Assembly: GCA_965153355.1 (NCBI GenBank)
Contig: OZ231126.1
Coordinates: 33,976,001-34,040,000 of the forward strand
Source: Flaccisagitta enflata
Lineage: Eukaryota
Direction: 5' to 3'
DNA: 64,000 bases
Shown here: positions 13,915-28,099 of the stretch, in pieces
Layout: each line of letters begins with the position of its first letter
Numbering within the stretch: the first letter of the stretch is position 1
The notes under the pieces: generated by a model
Seen by the model: only the letters and a program-made list of their open reading frames with translations
Told to the model about the DNA's origin: nothing
The model's database searches: none
Position numbers and translations under genes: made by a program

Positions 13915-16109
13915 CGCTGCCAAAAAAGCTGATTTCAGGCCTGAAACAGCTATATTGGGGAAGTCTGGTTCAAGGGCTGATTAGAGGGTTGGCTGATATA
14001 AGGTCCATCCAATCCAACAAACTTCATACAGCTGTCTACCTCAATAATTTGTTCAGTTGCTAGTCTCACTCAGTGGTCAGCTACAAAGTGGAGATGGTCC
14101 TCATTCAAAAAGTTGAGGAGCTAGCCAGACAAACAGTTTGTATGAAGACTCAAGACTGATTTAGGGCTGATTTAGGTCCCTGAGAGGCTTGAGGGGGGGG
14201 GGAGTTGCAAACAAAACAAGCAGACAGACAAATAGACACAAGAAGGAAAGCCCCATGGTCTGCAGGATTTTGTAAAACAAGAGACTTTAGTTATTCATCC
14301 ATTTGTCGCTCCCAGAGGTACTGATTCCATGTAGCAAGATAGCAATGCTATGCAGCAGGATGAAAAAAAAATACAGCAGGGATGGCAGGCAGGGAGAAAA
14401 TATGGTGGAAGTTTGTAAAAAAAAACGCTTAATTGCAAGAAAAAAGTTATGAAGACTTCAATCAAATTAATGTAAGGGCTAAAATGTTTTGCTCATCATT
14501 ATTTATTATCCAATTTCTACTGGGATTTAGCTTCCGTAATCTGCGCCTCTGGTTCATTCCTCTTACCCCCCCTCTCAAAAGGCTTCTAAAGTCTCAAATC
14601 AGCTCTCTCAGACCTCAAATTAGCCCTCTCATGCCTCAAATTAACTCTCTGAGGCCTGAACTCAGCTCTAGAAAATCTAAGATCAGTTTTACAGGATTGT
14701 AGTCAACCCTACAGGGCTTCAAATAGGACCTTCCTAGCCTCAAATCCGTTCTCTCAGCCCTAAAATCAGTCGTAACAGAACTCAAATCAGCCCTAAAGGT
14801 CTCAAATTTCCATACAACCCCCTATATAGATTCCAAATTAGATCTCTCAGGCACCAAATTGGGTCCCTCAGGCTGAAAATCAGTTAAGGCTTCAAATCAG
14901 CCCAGCCAGCTTCCTTAAGCTTCAAATCAACATTGAGGAAGCATTCAGGTCATCAATGGCCTCAGTCAGCCCTCATTTGTTATAAGTGATTTTTGCTAGG
15001 CTGGATAAATGGAAGTTTTTTACAGGCTGCTGCCCAAAAATCCCCTACATTTCACAAGAATGCTTATAACTCCCTTTAAGGGTTGCTGCCCGGCTGTGTC
15101 TTACTTAAGATTTTCATAATACAATTTGGGATATATTAACAGATACATAGACAAACTATAAGACAAACCAACAACTAGCTCAACAGACATTGACTCTTTT
15201 AGCAAGGCAAGAATGCATCAACAAACATGATCTTATCACAAGAAAAAGATGGTGAAATCTTCCAATAATCTTCTGATATTGCCAATCTTTGACCTCTTTT
15301 AATTGAGTTGTTACTTAAGGGATTCACAAAAAATCGGTGATGGTTGAAAAGAGCTTCAAAAAATCTTTAAGATGAGTCCAATCTGGCATTTCTAGCTTTG
15401 TCCATTCAAAAGTTATGTGCAAAACAAGTAAAATTGTGAAAAAAAAGGAAAACTTCAATGACATGGAAAATTAACAAAAATCCTCATTTTCTTCCTCATG
15501 TTTGACAGACTATAACTTGATTGTTTTTCAACGGATTTACAAAAAATTGGTGACGGTTTGAAAGATCTTGAAAAGATCTTTAAAATGAGACCAATCTGGC
15601 ATTTCCTGCTTTATGCGTTTAAAAGTTATGAGCAAAACAAGGTTGATTGTCCAAAAAATAGGAAAATTTGATGACCTGTACCTCTGAGAGGTAAAACAGT
15701 AAAGTATTTCAAAAGGCGCCACAAGAATTATTTTGGAGTAAGTTGGGATAGATTAGATACATGTCTGACGATCAGAAACCATGGAAAAAGTGGCAGTATT
15801 CCTACTTTAAAGCACATGGTGGAAAAATTGAACAGTGAAAAGAATTCTATAGCCGAATCTTTTCTTATTATGAATCTCTCAGCTTTAGGAGATAAAATGA
15901 TGTAGATGATGGTTCACTATGGCAGTTGGGCTATTGCTTATAATGACTCATTTGGTGTGTCTCTATTGACAACAATCGCCGTTAATCCCAGGCGTCGCGT
16001 CGCCTTAAAATCGTGAACACATTTTCAATTATTCATTAATATTAATCATCTTATGAGAGATTGAGGGGGTGAGCAAAGTGAGCCAGGGTATGTAAGAATG
16101 AAAAGAATC

Positions 16110-17362
16110 AATAGACAGAATTGAGATTGAACAGATAGAATCGCGATACGCAATTGAACAGACAGAAATGGGATTAAAGCATCAAAATCGGGATTGAACG
16201 GACAAAATTGTTATTAAGCAAACAGAAACAGCAGACAGAATCGGGGGTCAACAGACGGAATCATAAGTTAACAGAAAGAATCAGGAGTAAACAGAAGGAT
16301 TCAGGAGTTAACAGACAGTCAGGAGTCAACAGACGAAATCGCGAGTCAGACGGAATTGTGAATCATCAGACGGAATCACGAGTCTACGGACGGAATCGCG
16401 AGTCTATGGACGGAATCGCGAGTCTACAGACAGAATCGCAAGTCTACAGACAGAATCGCGAGTCTACAGACGGAATAGCGAGTCTACAGACAGAATGGCG
16501 GGTCTACTGACGGAATTGTGAGTCTACAGACGGAATCGTGAGTCTACAGACGGAATCGCGAGTCTACAGATGGAATCGCGAGTCTACAGACGGAATCTCA
16601 AGTATACAGACGGAATCGCAAGTCTACAGATGGAATTGCAAGTCTACAGACGGAATTGTGAGTCTACAGACGGAATCCCGAGTCTACAGTCGCAATCCCG
16701 AGTCTACAGACGGAATCGTGAGTCTACAGACGGAATTGCGAGTCTACAGACGGAATTGCGAGTCTACAGATGGAATGGCGAGTCTACAGACAGAATCGCG
16801 AGTCTACAGACGGAATCACGAGTCTACAGACGGAATCGCGAGTCTACAGACGGAATTGCGAGTCTAAAGACGGAATTGCGAGTCTACAGACGGAATTGCG
16901 AGTCTACAGACGGAATCGCAAGTCTACAGACGGAATCGCAAGTCTACAGACGGAATCGCGAGTCTACAGATGGAATTGCGAGTCTAAAGATGGAATTGCA
17001 AGTCTACAGATGGAATCGCAAGTCTACAGATTGAATCGCGAGTCTACAGATGGAATCGCGAGTCTACAGATGGAATCGCGAGTCAACAGAAGGAATCGCG
17101 AGTCTACAGACAAAATCGCAAGTCTACAGACGGAATGGCGAGTCTACAGACGGAATCGCGAGTCTACAAATGGAATGGCAAGTCTACAGACGGAATCATG
17201 AGTCTACAGACAGAATTGCAAGTCTACAGACGGAATCGCTAGTCTACAGACGGAATCGCGACTCTACAGACGGAATCGCAACTCTACAGACGGAATCGCG
17301 ACTCTACAGATGGAATCGCGAGTCACAGATGGAATCGCGAGTGTAGAGATGGAGTCTACAGA
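16110..17362 (+). repeat. 20-bp minisatellite (AGTCTACAGACGGAATCGCG)n, ~48 regular units plus a degenerate 5' part
   Basis: Strict 20-bp period from 16381 to ~17340. Confidence 0.95.
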
Positions 17363-17811
17363 CGACCCGACAGCCATAACAAATCATTGATGAGTAGCGT
17401 GCAAATATTAAGCGTCCTTTACGTAATTGTAGAATATCACCTGCGCTATTGTTGCATCCTATAAACACAATCCTTTCACTTCCGCAACATAATCCTGTGA
17501 GCTCCCCCTTCCAACTGAGTCAAGTCAAGCAATGGCCTAACAGCGATAACGAATCATTGTCTACGTCATTTTATCTCCTACAGCTGAGAGATTCACGATG
17601 TGAAGAGATTTGGCCATAGAAATCTTTCCTTGATAGAAAAGTTTTGTTAATGGAAGTGATTTCGCTATGGAAAAGATTTCTACCATTAGCATGCCACCCA
17701 CTGTAAGACATGCATGATATTTGAAAGCAAAATTTGCATCCATTTAGAAAGAGACTCAGATTTAGCTTATATCACTGAAGAAGATTTACTGAAAATTTCT
17801 ACAAATTTCTT

Positions 17812-18351
17812 TTTAGTCGCGTGCTACGCAACTCTATAAGCCACTTTTTGGTCAGTCCGTCCGTTGGTCCGTCGGTCGGTCCGTCGGTCAGTCAGTCCGT
17901 CGGTAGGTTGGTCCGTCGGTTGGTCCGTAACAAAACTGTTTAAAAGGCTTTTTACACAAAATAAAGATTTTTTAGATGTTTTTGAATGTTTCGAAGGCAT
18001 TTCTAAGCCTCTATAAGCCACTTTTTGGTTGGTCAGTTGGTCTGTCCATCTGTTTGTCTATCCGTCACAAAGTTGTTTTGTGGGTGTTACAGCCAATTTA
18101 AATACATTTTAAATGTTTTTGAATGTTTTTATGTCATTCGTACACCTCTATAAGCCACTTTTTTGTCTGTCTGTCCATCCATCTGTCTGTCTGTCTGTCT
18201 GTCTGTCTATTTGTTTCTCATTAAGTTGTTTTTAAAACTTTTTGTTGCTTGATTCAAAGGTTCTTTTAAATGTTTTAGTCTATTCATCTGTCTGTCTGCC
18301 TGACTTTTCTGAAAGTGCCGACGCACGCGACTTAGGTCTAATGACCTTGTT
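17812..18351 (+). mobile_element. HINE/DINE-1-like family 1 copy
   Basis: TTTTAGTCGCGTGCTACGCAACT 5' palindrome, (GTCY)n tract, 3' CACGCGACT and terminal hairpin ending CCTTGTT. Confidence 0.7.
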
Positions 18352-18993
18352 TGTCACTGACAAGGGGTTGGTTGAAATTATAAGTTTGCATAGAAAATCA
18401 AAGAATGAAAAATCAACGAACATAGTTCTCCTCCCAAATCGTTTTTAGAGAGAACTATGTTTTTGAAAATGCAAATTTTTTTCTGGGTGTGGCTTGCTTA
18501 TAATTTCGACATCAGAAAAAAGAAAAAAATGTCAACAAGATTTCCCAAAAAATCTTCATTTTCTTGCTATTTTCCATAAGAATTGCTTATCAAAAGGCAA
18601 CTTAAAGCGTAGGATATGAAACAGTCATACATATCAGGTTTATCCAGTGATAACTTGAGCAATGATAACATTTGTGGAAGGATAATCAGTCCATTATTGA
18701 TGCAAAAGTGGGGTGAAGCACTTCATTTTTCCCTGGCAGATTTGACGTCATAAGTGAGCATGAGTCTGAATGAAGAACACTTTTCACCAAAAACTTCCTT
18801 GAACACAACAACGAGACTTTCCCAATTCTCTTAAGTTAAGTGATGAATGACTGTATACGCTTTGCCCTCATCTTACTTGATGGATATATTGATTTGTTAG
18901 ATTATTGCCATTTATCAAAGACCTCGGTACCGGGGTAAATATTTGTCTCTGTTTTTCTCGATCTGCTTCTCCCTGTCTTACACTTTCTGTCTC

Positions 18994-19095
<102 letters not shown>

Positions 19096-19234
19096 GGAGA
19101 GTTTCCATTCCGAACTCCTTTATTCGCACATTACAACTACAAGCGGCACCTGCTCCTCCGATTCTCACTATATGGCCACTTCATCATCAATATCCTCCCG
19201 CTCGCCTTATCCCGGCTCAGAACACCTCCCCCTC

Positions 19235-20115
19235 CAGGGTACACTCTTTATTTTGAGTAAGGACAAAGTTTATAAGGACATTGAGGCTGAAATTTTGCCA
19301 AAAATTGAGGATATTTTAAGGACAAAGCCCAGCCTCAGATTTACAAAAAAAATAATTTTTCATTCAAAATTTAGATTGTCTTTACGCAACTTCTTAAAGA
19401 AAATAACCACATTTAAAAGAAATGATAGTCTTATCTTTGTTAAATTATATAATATTCTATAAAAAACAACTACAAAGCAATTATTGTCATATCTAACTAA
19501 TGTTTCATGATACTGAACCTCAATTATTTTAATGCATAAAACGTAGTCTTAAGAAAATCATAAGAAAATATTAAGGACACGCTAAGAACATTTCAGCCTA
19601 AAATTTGTTAAAATTTAAGGACATCCCAGCCTCAGAAAAAATTTACTGGTCCTTATATAAAATAAAGAGTGTACGACAAAGTGCGGGAGCACGGGAGCAT
19701 TGCTCCAAGACAGCTAGCCACTTTGTAGGCAGGAGAGGGAAGAGATAAGAGAGGAAAAAAGGAAAGCAAGGGTAAAATAGCAAAAAGCAAAAAGAAAAAA
19801 AAACAAAAAGGAAACAAAAAAAGGCATGTAATAGGATAATTTAGTTGACTAAAAAGTCATTGAGAGTAATTTTTTTCTGAAGATCTTAAGATGTTGAGAT
19901 TCTTATGCAGTTTTAATTTCATAAGTAAAATGTTGCTTATTCAATTCTGATTTAAATATGGCAAGATTGCTTTTGATTATCTCTATCAGTCTACGCTTAT
20001 CAAAATAAAAGGCTTTCATAATATCATACAATGACAGAATCATGCACAAATTTTGTAGGCAGGAACCAGCAGAAAAATTTTGCTCATAGGCAGCAAAACA
20101 TTTTGTCGGACCCTG
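19235..20115. mobile_element. hAT-type MITE
   Basis: CAGGGT...ACCCTG termini with perfect 8-bp TSD TCCCCCTC (19227-19234 / 20116-20123). Confidence 0.9.
19242..19671. mobile_element. Tc1/mariner-type MITE nested in the hAT MITE terminus
   Basis: CACTCTTT...AAAGAGTG TIR with TA TSD; uninterrupted host end visible at 38883. Confidence 0.85.
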
Positions 20116-20169
20116 TCCCCCTCATCCCTCTTTCTCACGTCAGTCCACAAAGCACAGGATCTGATGGTA

Positions 20170-20916
20170 CCCTGCTTTCAAAAGCGAGTGATACCAACAA
20201 AACCTTTATCGTGCTTAAAGTATCCATTTTGAAAAATCCGGATTGGTTCTGTCCTAAAGCACACAACCTACCATTTATTCATGCAAAGTTTGAAAGTACT
20301 GAGTAAAGCGGTTAGGTTTCCACATCATTTTGAAATTTGAGAAAACATAAAGAAATTTTGCTCAAAAATGGCATTTTCAAGGATGTTTCCATCAATTAAC
20401 CCTTGTATATCTGTAAGAACTCAGCTTACCTCTTCAGATTTATTGTACTTGGCTGGTACTTGACGCTTGTTTTGCACTATTTTTGGTTTCTCACCATTTC
20501 ATAAAAAGAATTGTGCCAAAAATCACAAATGAAGTGACAAAAACCCTGTTCAAACCTAAAAAGAAAAACTCGGATTTCCCAAAAAAATCAAACTCATTTG
20601 GTCATTTTTTATCTAGATACACAAACTAAGACTAACATTTATCTTTTAAAACCAATCTGGCCATTTTTGCTTGATTTATATAGAAACGACATCGATTTAA
20701 CGTCATAGGGTAAATCTATCAATTGCTTGAGAATCCCCTCATGAGGTTTACCATATTTTCACCTAAAAGTATGTTAAGACTAAACTACTGGACCCAGTCC
20801 TTTAAAATTTTGCATGAAAAAATATGTTTTCAGATGCAACCAACCAGGATTTTTCAAAATGAGTTGTTATGGCACAATAAAGGTTTTGCTGGTATCACTT
20901 GCTTTTGAAAACAGAG
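20170..20916. mobile_element. Tc1/mariner-type MITE
   Basis: ~45-bp TIR CCCTGCTTTCAAAAGCGAGTGATACC / GGTATCACTTGCTTTTGAAAACAGAG, flanked by TA. Confidence 0.8.
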
Positions 20917-22782
20917 TAGTTGTTTACTGGCAAATTCATTCTCCTAAATGTTTCAGCCGACTACTGCACTGGAAGTGCAACCAGCTCAGAATTCTTGAAT
21001 TTTCCTTTTTGGATGCCGCTGCCTGCGTCTACCGACATAGTCTTACTTCGAGTGGACAATCTCTTTTTACTAGATTTTTTGTCTTTGTGACAGTCTTCAT
21101 GCTTCGCTGTCATCATTGACATTTCGCCGTCTTTATCAATATTCAGATAGCCTTGTTACATTTCCTTGCATTTGCTTCTTTCGTAACTTTTGTAGAACCG
21201 TCAAAAACCTCTGAAGCCGCTTTTCTCGTTCTGCCAAAAGAGGAGAAAGGGAGGAAAGAGATAATGAAGAAGAAGAAAAGAATCTCCTACAAGTCTCGAG
21301 GCACTTCAAGCAACGAAAAAGAAATGGCCAACTACTCTTTCTTTCTTTTCTCTGTCTCTTCTTCTTCATCTTCATCTTCATCTTCATCTTCATCTTCATC
21401 TTCATCTTCATCTTCATCTTCATCTTCATCTTCATCTTCATCTTCTTCTTCTCGATTTCGCGTCATGGGCTGAGAAAGAGAGTGAATGAGATTTTACAAC
21501 TGGCGAGGGAGACGAGAGAAAAGAGAAATAATGCGATAAGTGGGAATAGTCGTCATTAGTTTCGGGTCCAAGAGATATTGTGCCATCGGTGCGGCACATT
21601 GCTTTGTAATCAGTCTCATCATTATTTTCTTTTTCGCTGCCAGAGTTCTGTACTCGAAGAGTACTTCTCGAGCAGCGGCACCAAAGAGATTGATGACCTG
21701 AGCTTTCACATATGGAAACATTTTTTCTTCTTTTTTTCTTTTTTCACATTCCTAGCCTGGAGGCCCAAGTTTCAGCCTTGAAGCCCAAATCCCAGCCAAG
21801 AGACCCAGATCCCAGCCTCCAGGCTAGGATTTGGGCCTCCAGGCTAGGATTTGGGCCTCCAGGCTGGGATTTGGGCCACGAGGCTGGGATTTGGGTCTTG
21901 GGTCTGGGATTCGAGCCTCGAGCCGGGGGGGGGGGGGCGGATGGATGAACGGAGGAGAAAATTCCCCATATGTGTGAAAGCATATGTCACCGACCCCTTC
22001 GAGGCCGCTGCCCTGCTTCCCCTTCAACTTCAAACACTACCTACCCAGGCAGGGCACGGGTACCGCTGACCATCAAACGCTTTTGCGACTATTTACTTTA
22101 GTCTGCTGCTCCATCACTATCTTATTCTCACACACATAAACTTAGAGGCATCGGGTACCTCCTAACCATCTAACACTTTAGCGTCTATTTCTGTTTCTTT
22201 TTCTGTCTCTGATGTGATTGAATGTAAGAAGCCATTTCATCCATTTTTAGATGCGTCCTCGCACTTGTATACGAGGGTTTGTACGTCCGTTTGTACATAA
22301 AACGATTCAACCGCCGCGAGGGTTTGTCCATCCGTACATATGACCTCAGATATGTCTTTACAGAAAACGCTGTTTCCGGTAGTTATTGGCCACAATAATG
22401 CTGGCGTCCTAGTCAACCCTATTTCTTATCCGTACATAAATTCAGCTATCACTCTGCACGGAGAAGCAATCAGTTCGCATCGTTGCCCGGACGAGACACA
22501 AAAGCAGAAAGTTTTGGTATTGACATTTTGGTGAAGGTCTGTTAATATCTCGTTCATTCCGGAGAATCTTATTGACAATATCAGTTTTCCTTACACGCCG
22601 AAATGAATATGGAAAAAAAAATATAAAGAAATATAAAGCTATTTATGAAAAAGCTGTCAAGACTGAAGCAGCGTCGTATGACTGAAAATTTTTTAGATAG
22701 AGTGGCAAAAAGGAAAAATAATGGATTGTTCATTTATTTTGATATTCTTTCAAATCTAGATCAAGGAACCAGTGGCAAAAAA

Positions 22783-22829
<47 letters not shown>

Positions 22830-23299
22830 TGTTCCTGATCAATTGAGGGTCGACAGAAAAGGAAACGAATATATCCAATATGACTTTGAATATTTTATTT
22901 CAAGAGGACGCGAAAACGCCCTCGGAACAGCAGCACCAATACCATATCCTAGAAACGTTCATCCATTCAGATTCAACCCCATCCATCACTATAAGTCTCG
23001 ACTAGGAGACGCTATCCTCGGAGCCATAAATCCTATTCACTATTTCATAGGATTTCCATTATAATATCATGATCTCTTCTTCCTTCTTCCATTGTTTTCT
23101 TTTCGATTGGAGATTTTTTTCTTTTCCTTTTTTTTTTATCACTGTCTTCTTTTGATTTCCATCTCATAATTTTTTTTCGTCTCTAATTCCCTTGTCATTT
23201 CTGTTTTTCCATTTATTCCATTGTTTTTTCTTCTGGTTTCTTTTCTTTCTGTTTCCTCTTATCCTTGTTTTCCTTCATTTTGCTGTCCTTCCATTTCTT

Positions 23300-23414
23300 T
23301 CTTTTCTTTCTTCCCTCCTTCCTTCCTTTCTTCCTTCCTTCCTGTCTTTCTTTCTTTCTTTCTTTCTTTCTTTTTCCTTAAAATTGTTTTCCTTCATTTT
23401 GCTGTTCTTCCATT

Positions 23415-23450
<36 letters not shown>

Positions 23451-23517
23451 TTTTCTCCTTAAAATTTCAAATTTCTCCTTCTCTCGCTTTCTTTCTCTCT
23501 TTCTCTCTTTCTCTCTC

Positions 23518-23608
<91 letters not shown>

Positions 23609-24350
23609 TAATCTATCTTCACATTCAAATGCTGTCCTCCACTGCACCTCCCACCACCACAACCTCCAACCCCACCAAAATTATAATTCCTCTCTCATCA
23701 ATAAGAATCTTTTTTCTATCTTTCTCTCTCCATGTCTTCCACGTCTTCTATTTTCTTTCCTTTTTTTCGCCAAAGCCTCAGTCGCGAGGCCCTAATGCCT
23801 CTTTCATCATCTCTTCATATTCTCTTTTTATCCCATCATTTTTTCTTCTATTGTCGTGCCAAACTGTTCTTCTTCTTTTTATCTTCTTCTTTTTCTTTTC
23901 TTCTTCTTTTTCTTTTCTTCTTCTTTTTCTCTTCTTCTTCTTTTTCTTTTCTTCTTCTTTTTCTCTTCTTCTTCTTTTTCTCTTCTTCTTCTTTTTCTCT
24001 TCTTCTTCTTTTTCTCTTCTTCTTCTTTTTCTCTTCTTCTTCTTTTTCTCTTCTTCTTCTTTTTCTCTTCTTCTTTTTCTCTTCTTCTTCTTTTTCTTCT
24101 TTTTTTTCTTTTTTTTCTTTTTTTTTTCTTTTTCTTCTTTTTCTTCTTTTTCTTCTTTTTCTTCTTTTTCTCTTCTTCTTCTTCTTTTTCTTTTTCTTTT
24201 TCTTTTTCTTTTTCTTTTTCTTTTTCTTTTTCTTTTTTTTCCTTTTTCTTATTCTTTTTTTTCTTCTTCTTCTTCTTCTTCTTCTTCTTCTTCTTCTTCT
24301 TCTTCTTCTTCTTCTTCTTCTTCTTCTTCTTCTTCTTCTTCTTCTTCTTC
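23300..24350. repeat. Pyrimidine-rich compound microsatellite (TTTC/CT/CTT)
   Basis: Direct reading; source of the 387-aa F/S/L ORF. Confidence 0.9.
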
Positions 24351-25249
24351 AACCAATTCCCTCGTCTCAGCGTTTAAAAGCTGACGAAAGCCTCTTTCTT
24401 ATATCAATAAAAACTACGACTGTGACGTTGTTTGTTTTGGGCGCGCAACGTCGGCAACGAGTAAGATAAAAGGACGCTTTTATGTACGTTTCAAAAGCGG
24501 ATGGATGAAAGGGGTGGCTACATGAAAAGAAAACAAAGACTGTATGTGAGCATGAATCAACGATTTTTGAAACAAAAAAAATCTACAGTGAAGATACGCA
24601 CAATCAAAGCGTTTTATAATTTCATAAGTTTTGATTATCTAAGAAATGCCATCTTTTCCTCATTATCAGTTTTTAACCGCGCATTGAAAATCAAAGACGA
24701 TAAAGTTAAGTCAAGAGTAAAAAGAATACCGACTTTCATCCGAGATTACGTAAGCCCATGATTGGGGATTTAACTTGACGCTGTGTGTATAAGTCATACT
24801 TTGCCCATTGATTCCAAATTTTCATTCTCGAAAGTCAAAGTTGAGATGAATAGTTGTCCAGCTGAGTACCTGCAGCTCGCATTACCGAGAACTCTCAATT
24901 CAGTATGGCTTCAATTGAATGTTAGAACCAAATTCGTTGAATAACACGTTTTCAAAGATTAAGTGTGGACGACAAAATACATAGTGGGTAAAAGGCGCGA
25001 TAGCGATCATGATCGTGAAGGACATATATAATGTAATGGAGAAGAGCATGCATCTTGCAGATTGAATGAGCTTTGACTAAAGTCGACCAACTCAAATCAT
25101 TAAAAGTCATAACATCATTACTCATAACCTCGCAATCTGGCTGTCAGCAGCATTTCGGTAACTCTAATATGAAAATGATCCTAATTTCACGCTGTCACTC
25201 AACGCTGAAACCAATCTCGGCATTGCATCTCAATATTTCTTTGTGTGTG

Positions 25250-25432
<183 letters not shown>

Positions 25433-25847
25433 ACCCCGCCACTGGCTATAGTCCCTTTCATTCATGCCTTTTTGACAGAACAAAACGCTTATTGATTTTT
25501 TGCCTTCCCGTCGTGTAAAAAAGAAATAAACAAGGCCAAGTAGGCCAACGATGCGTCCTCTTTGAATGAATGTTTTTGATGAATGAATGTTTTTTATGCA
25601 TGAATGTTTTTATGAATGAATGTTTTTTTATGAATGAATGTTTTTTTTATGAATGAATGTCATTTATGAATGGGTTAGAACTATTTTTCTGTTGAAAAAT
25701 GCATGATTTTGATGTTTTTAATGAATGCGTTACCAACCGACCAACAGACCAACCAATGGACACAGCCTATTATAGAGATGCGAGGACGCATCTAAAAAGA
25801 GCGGAAAAGTTTGCGTAATTCTCTCGACCGATCAATGGTTTTGAGTA

Positions 25848-26280
25848 CACGCCGTATTTTTTATAAGAACACAGTTTTTTGAAGTGAGGCCCAGCGTTCT
25901 TATTTTTTGCCAATTTTCAGCCTCAAATGTTCTTAACCGTTCTTATTTTTGTAGCATGGAAATTCTTTATCATAGTTGCTAACTAGTCATATTCAATGAA
26001 ATGAATAAATTTTATTCTCAATGTTTACAATTTTTGCTTATGTTAGGTCATGAAATTTATAAACATGTAAATGATAAAAGTAATTGGTTGAATTGCTTAG
26101 GTTAGAGGATTCTGTACAATGTTTTTTCATAGTTTCCTCAAAAAATTATGCAAAAGCGTACTTTAAAATGTATTTGTGCGGAAATCTGAGCCTGGGCATG
26201 TTCTTAAGATGTTCTTATTTTTTCACCATATCTGAGGCTGATGTTCTTATAAACAGTGTTCTTAGACAAAATACAGCGTG
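25848..26280. mobile_element. Tc1/mariner-type MITE
   Basis: CACGCCGTATTTT...AAAATACAGCGTG with TA TSD; empty site in the paralogous arm at ~58920. Confidence 0.85.
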
Positions 26281-26643
26281 TATACTACAATTTACAAAGA
26301 CTTGGATTGTCAGATGATGTAGGAAAACAAATGACGCGGGGGTCACAATGTCGTTGCGGACGGGAGGGCAGGGGCATACAACCCCCATACACACCCTCGC
26401 CCACCCCAAACACACTCACAAACGCGTTTTTGCACTTTTCAACTCGCGTACTCGACCATCACGGACCAACGGACCAACGGACGGACAAAGTCTCTTATAG
26501 AGTTGCGTGTCAACTAAAAAGAAAGAGGGGAGTGAAAAAGAACTAACTTCGATGCATGTTATGCAAAAATCCTATGCATCGACCGCCTGGAGAATGAAAA
26601 TGAACGAAAATTCTCCGGTTATAAAACCATTATTTTCCTTTCG

Positions 26644-27509
26644 TAGACTTCGACTCGAAAGTTTTCCTAGGTCAGTCAGTAGCTCAATCTTTTGCATGGA
26701 CCTGCTCAGCGCTTTCAATAATGCACGTTTCAAATTTCAAGGTTCTGGCTCAAATACTTTAGAAGTTATGAGCATTTGTTTGAACCATATCAAACTGAAA
26801 AAGTTCCAGGAGAATTTTTAAACTTTCTTTGAAAATATGGCCGGCAGTGAATTTCAACAGAGTCCAAGTTTCTTAAAAAAAAAGTAAAGTTACAGGATTT
26901 TGGATCTAGGCAAATCAAACAATTTCCTATTGATTGCACCCTACTTTTAAAAACTATTTTTCAAAAAAATATTTTGTGATTTTTTTTTCTAAGTCCCCAA
27001 CGTGCGGAACAAAAATTTTCTAAGTTTTTTGAAAAAAAAAATGAAAATACAAGATTTTGGATCTAGGCAAATCAGAAAATTTCCTATCGATTGCACCCCA
27101 CTTTTAAAAACCATTTTTCAAAAAAATATTTTGTGATTTTTTTTTCTAAGTCCTCAACGCGTGACACAAAAATTTTCAAAGTTTTTTTGAAAAAAGAGAA
27201 AATGCAAGATTTTGGATCTAGGCGAAACAAACAATTTCCTATCAATTGCACCCCATTTTTTTTTTTCAGAAAAAAATCCTCATTAAGGGCTTTTTTTGGG
27301 GGCCCTTAGGGGCCCATAAGACGTTCAAAATTTTGGTTAATGAGATCAACAGAGTTATGTGCATACACCAAGGTATCTTTCAGGACCAAATTAAGGCTGA
27401 TTAATTAGACCTCAAGCTCATGCCGTTAATCCCTCTGGCCCGGCCACATTTAAAAGAGAAATCGGAAAATTCACCAGGACTCAGATTCCGGATGTAAGGT
27501 CAATCTCTA
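26644..27509. mobile_element. Non-autonomous DNA transposon with 7-bp TSD and three internal ~157-bp repeats
   Basis: TAGA...TCTA ends, CCTTTCG duplicated on both sides, single CCTTTCG at the empty paralogous site (~58559-58565). Confidence 0.85.
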
Positions 27510-27993
27510 CCTTTCGAGATGAGTCAACAAAGTAAACACTTTGACATGCACAATGATGTGAAAAAAATCTGGATAATGTCAAAACAAAATCACTTTCATC
27601 CCCTTTGTTCTTTTCTTTTTTCTCTACAAGTTCAACTGATGAAGTCCCGTAGACAAAGTTTTGTTATGAAATCGATTCGGTAACTCGCTCAGTTGCAATA
27701 CATTGGTATATGCCCTGTCCTCTCATGTCTTACTGATAAAAGAGGGAGTCAGCCGATACGAAGGCTTGTGCTTGCCTTTCAACCGTGAGAGACTCTTTTG
27801 GAGTAAACGCATCAGAGAGGCAAATTTTGACCTTTTCACTTCTACTTTTGTGAACGAGAACCGATTCAATCAATGAATGCACTTTGGCTCCGAGTAGCCT
27901 TTTCTCTACGAGCGCTCAATGCGATAAGAAACTGTTAGTCAATGAGGTGCGTTCTTGCGCATATCTCCTCTTAATACCGTGTCTTACCCACAG

Positions 27994-28099
<106 letters not shown>

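Noticed and set aside
16381-17340. CRISPR array or repeat protein (TESRVYRRNR ORFs)
   Set aside because: Head-to-tail 20-mers with no unique spacers and no cas genes; the period is not a multiple of 3.
21047-21300. Exon-like segment in the duplicated arms (also ~63711-63909)
   Set aside because: Stops in all three frames of the acceptor-bearing strand, indels between arms break frame, and no recognisable domain.
23221-24384. 387-aa ORF and other poly-residue ORFs (ER, SL, CV, TH, poly-V/L/K/C)
   Set aside because: Translations of microsatellites; lengths and frames are not conserved between duplicated arms.
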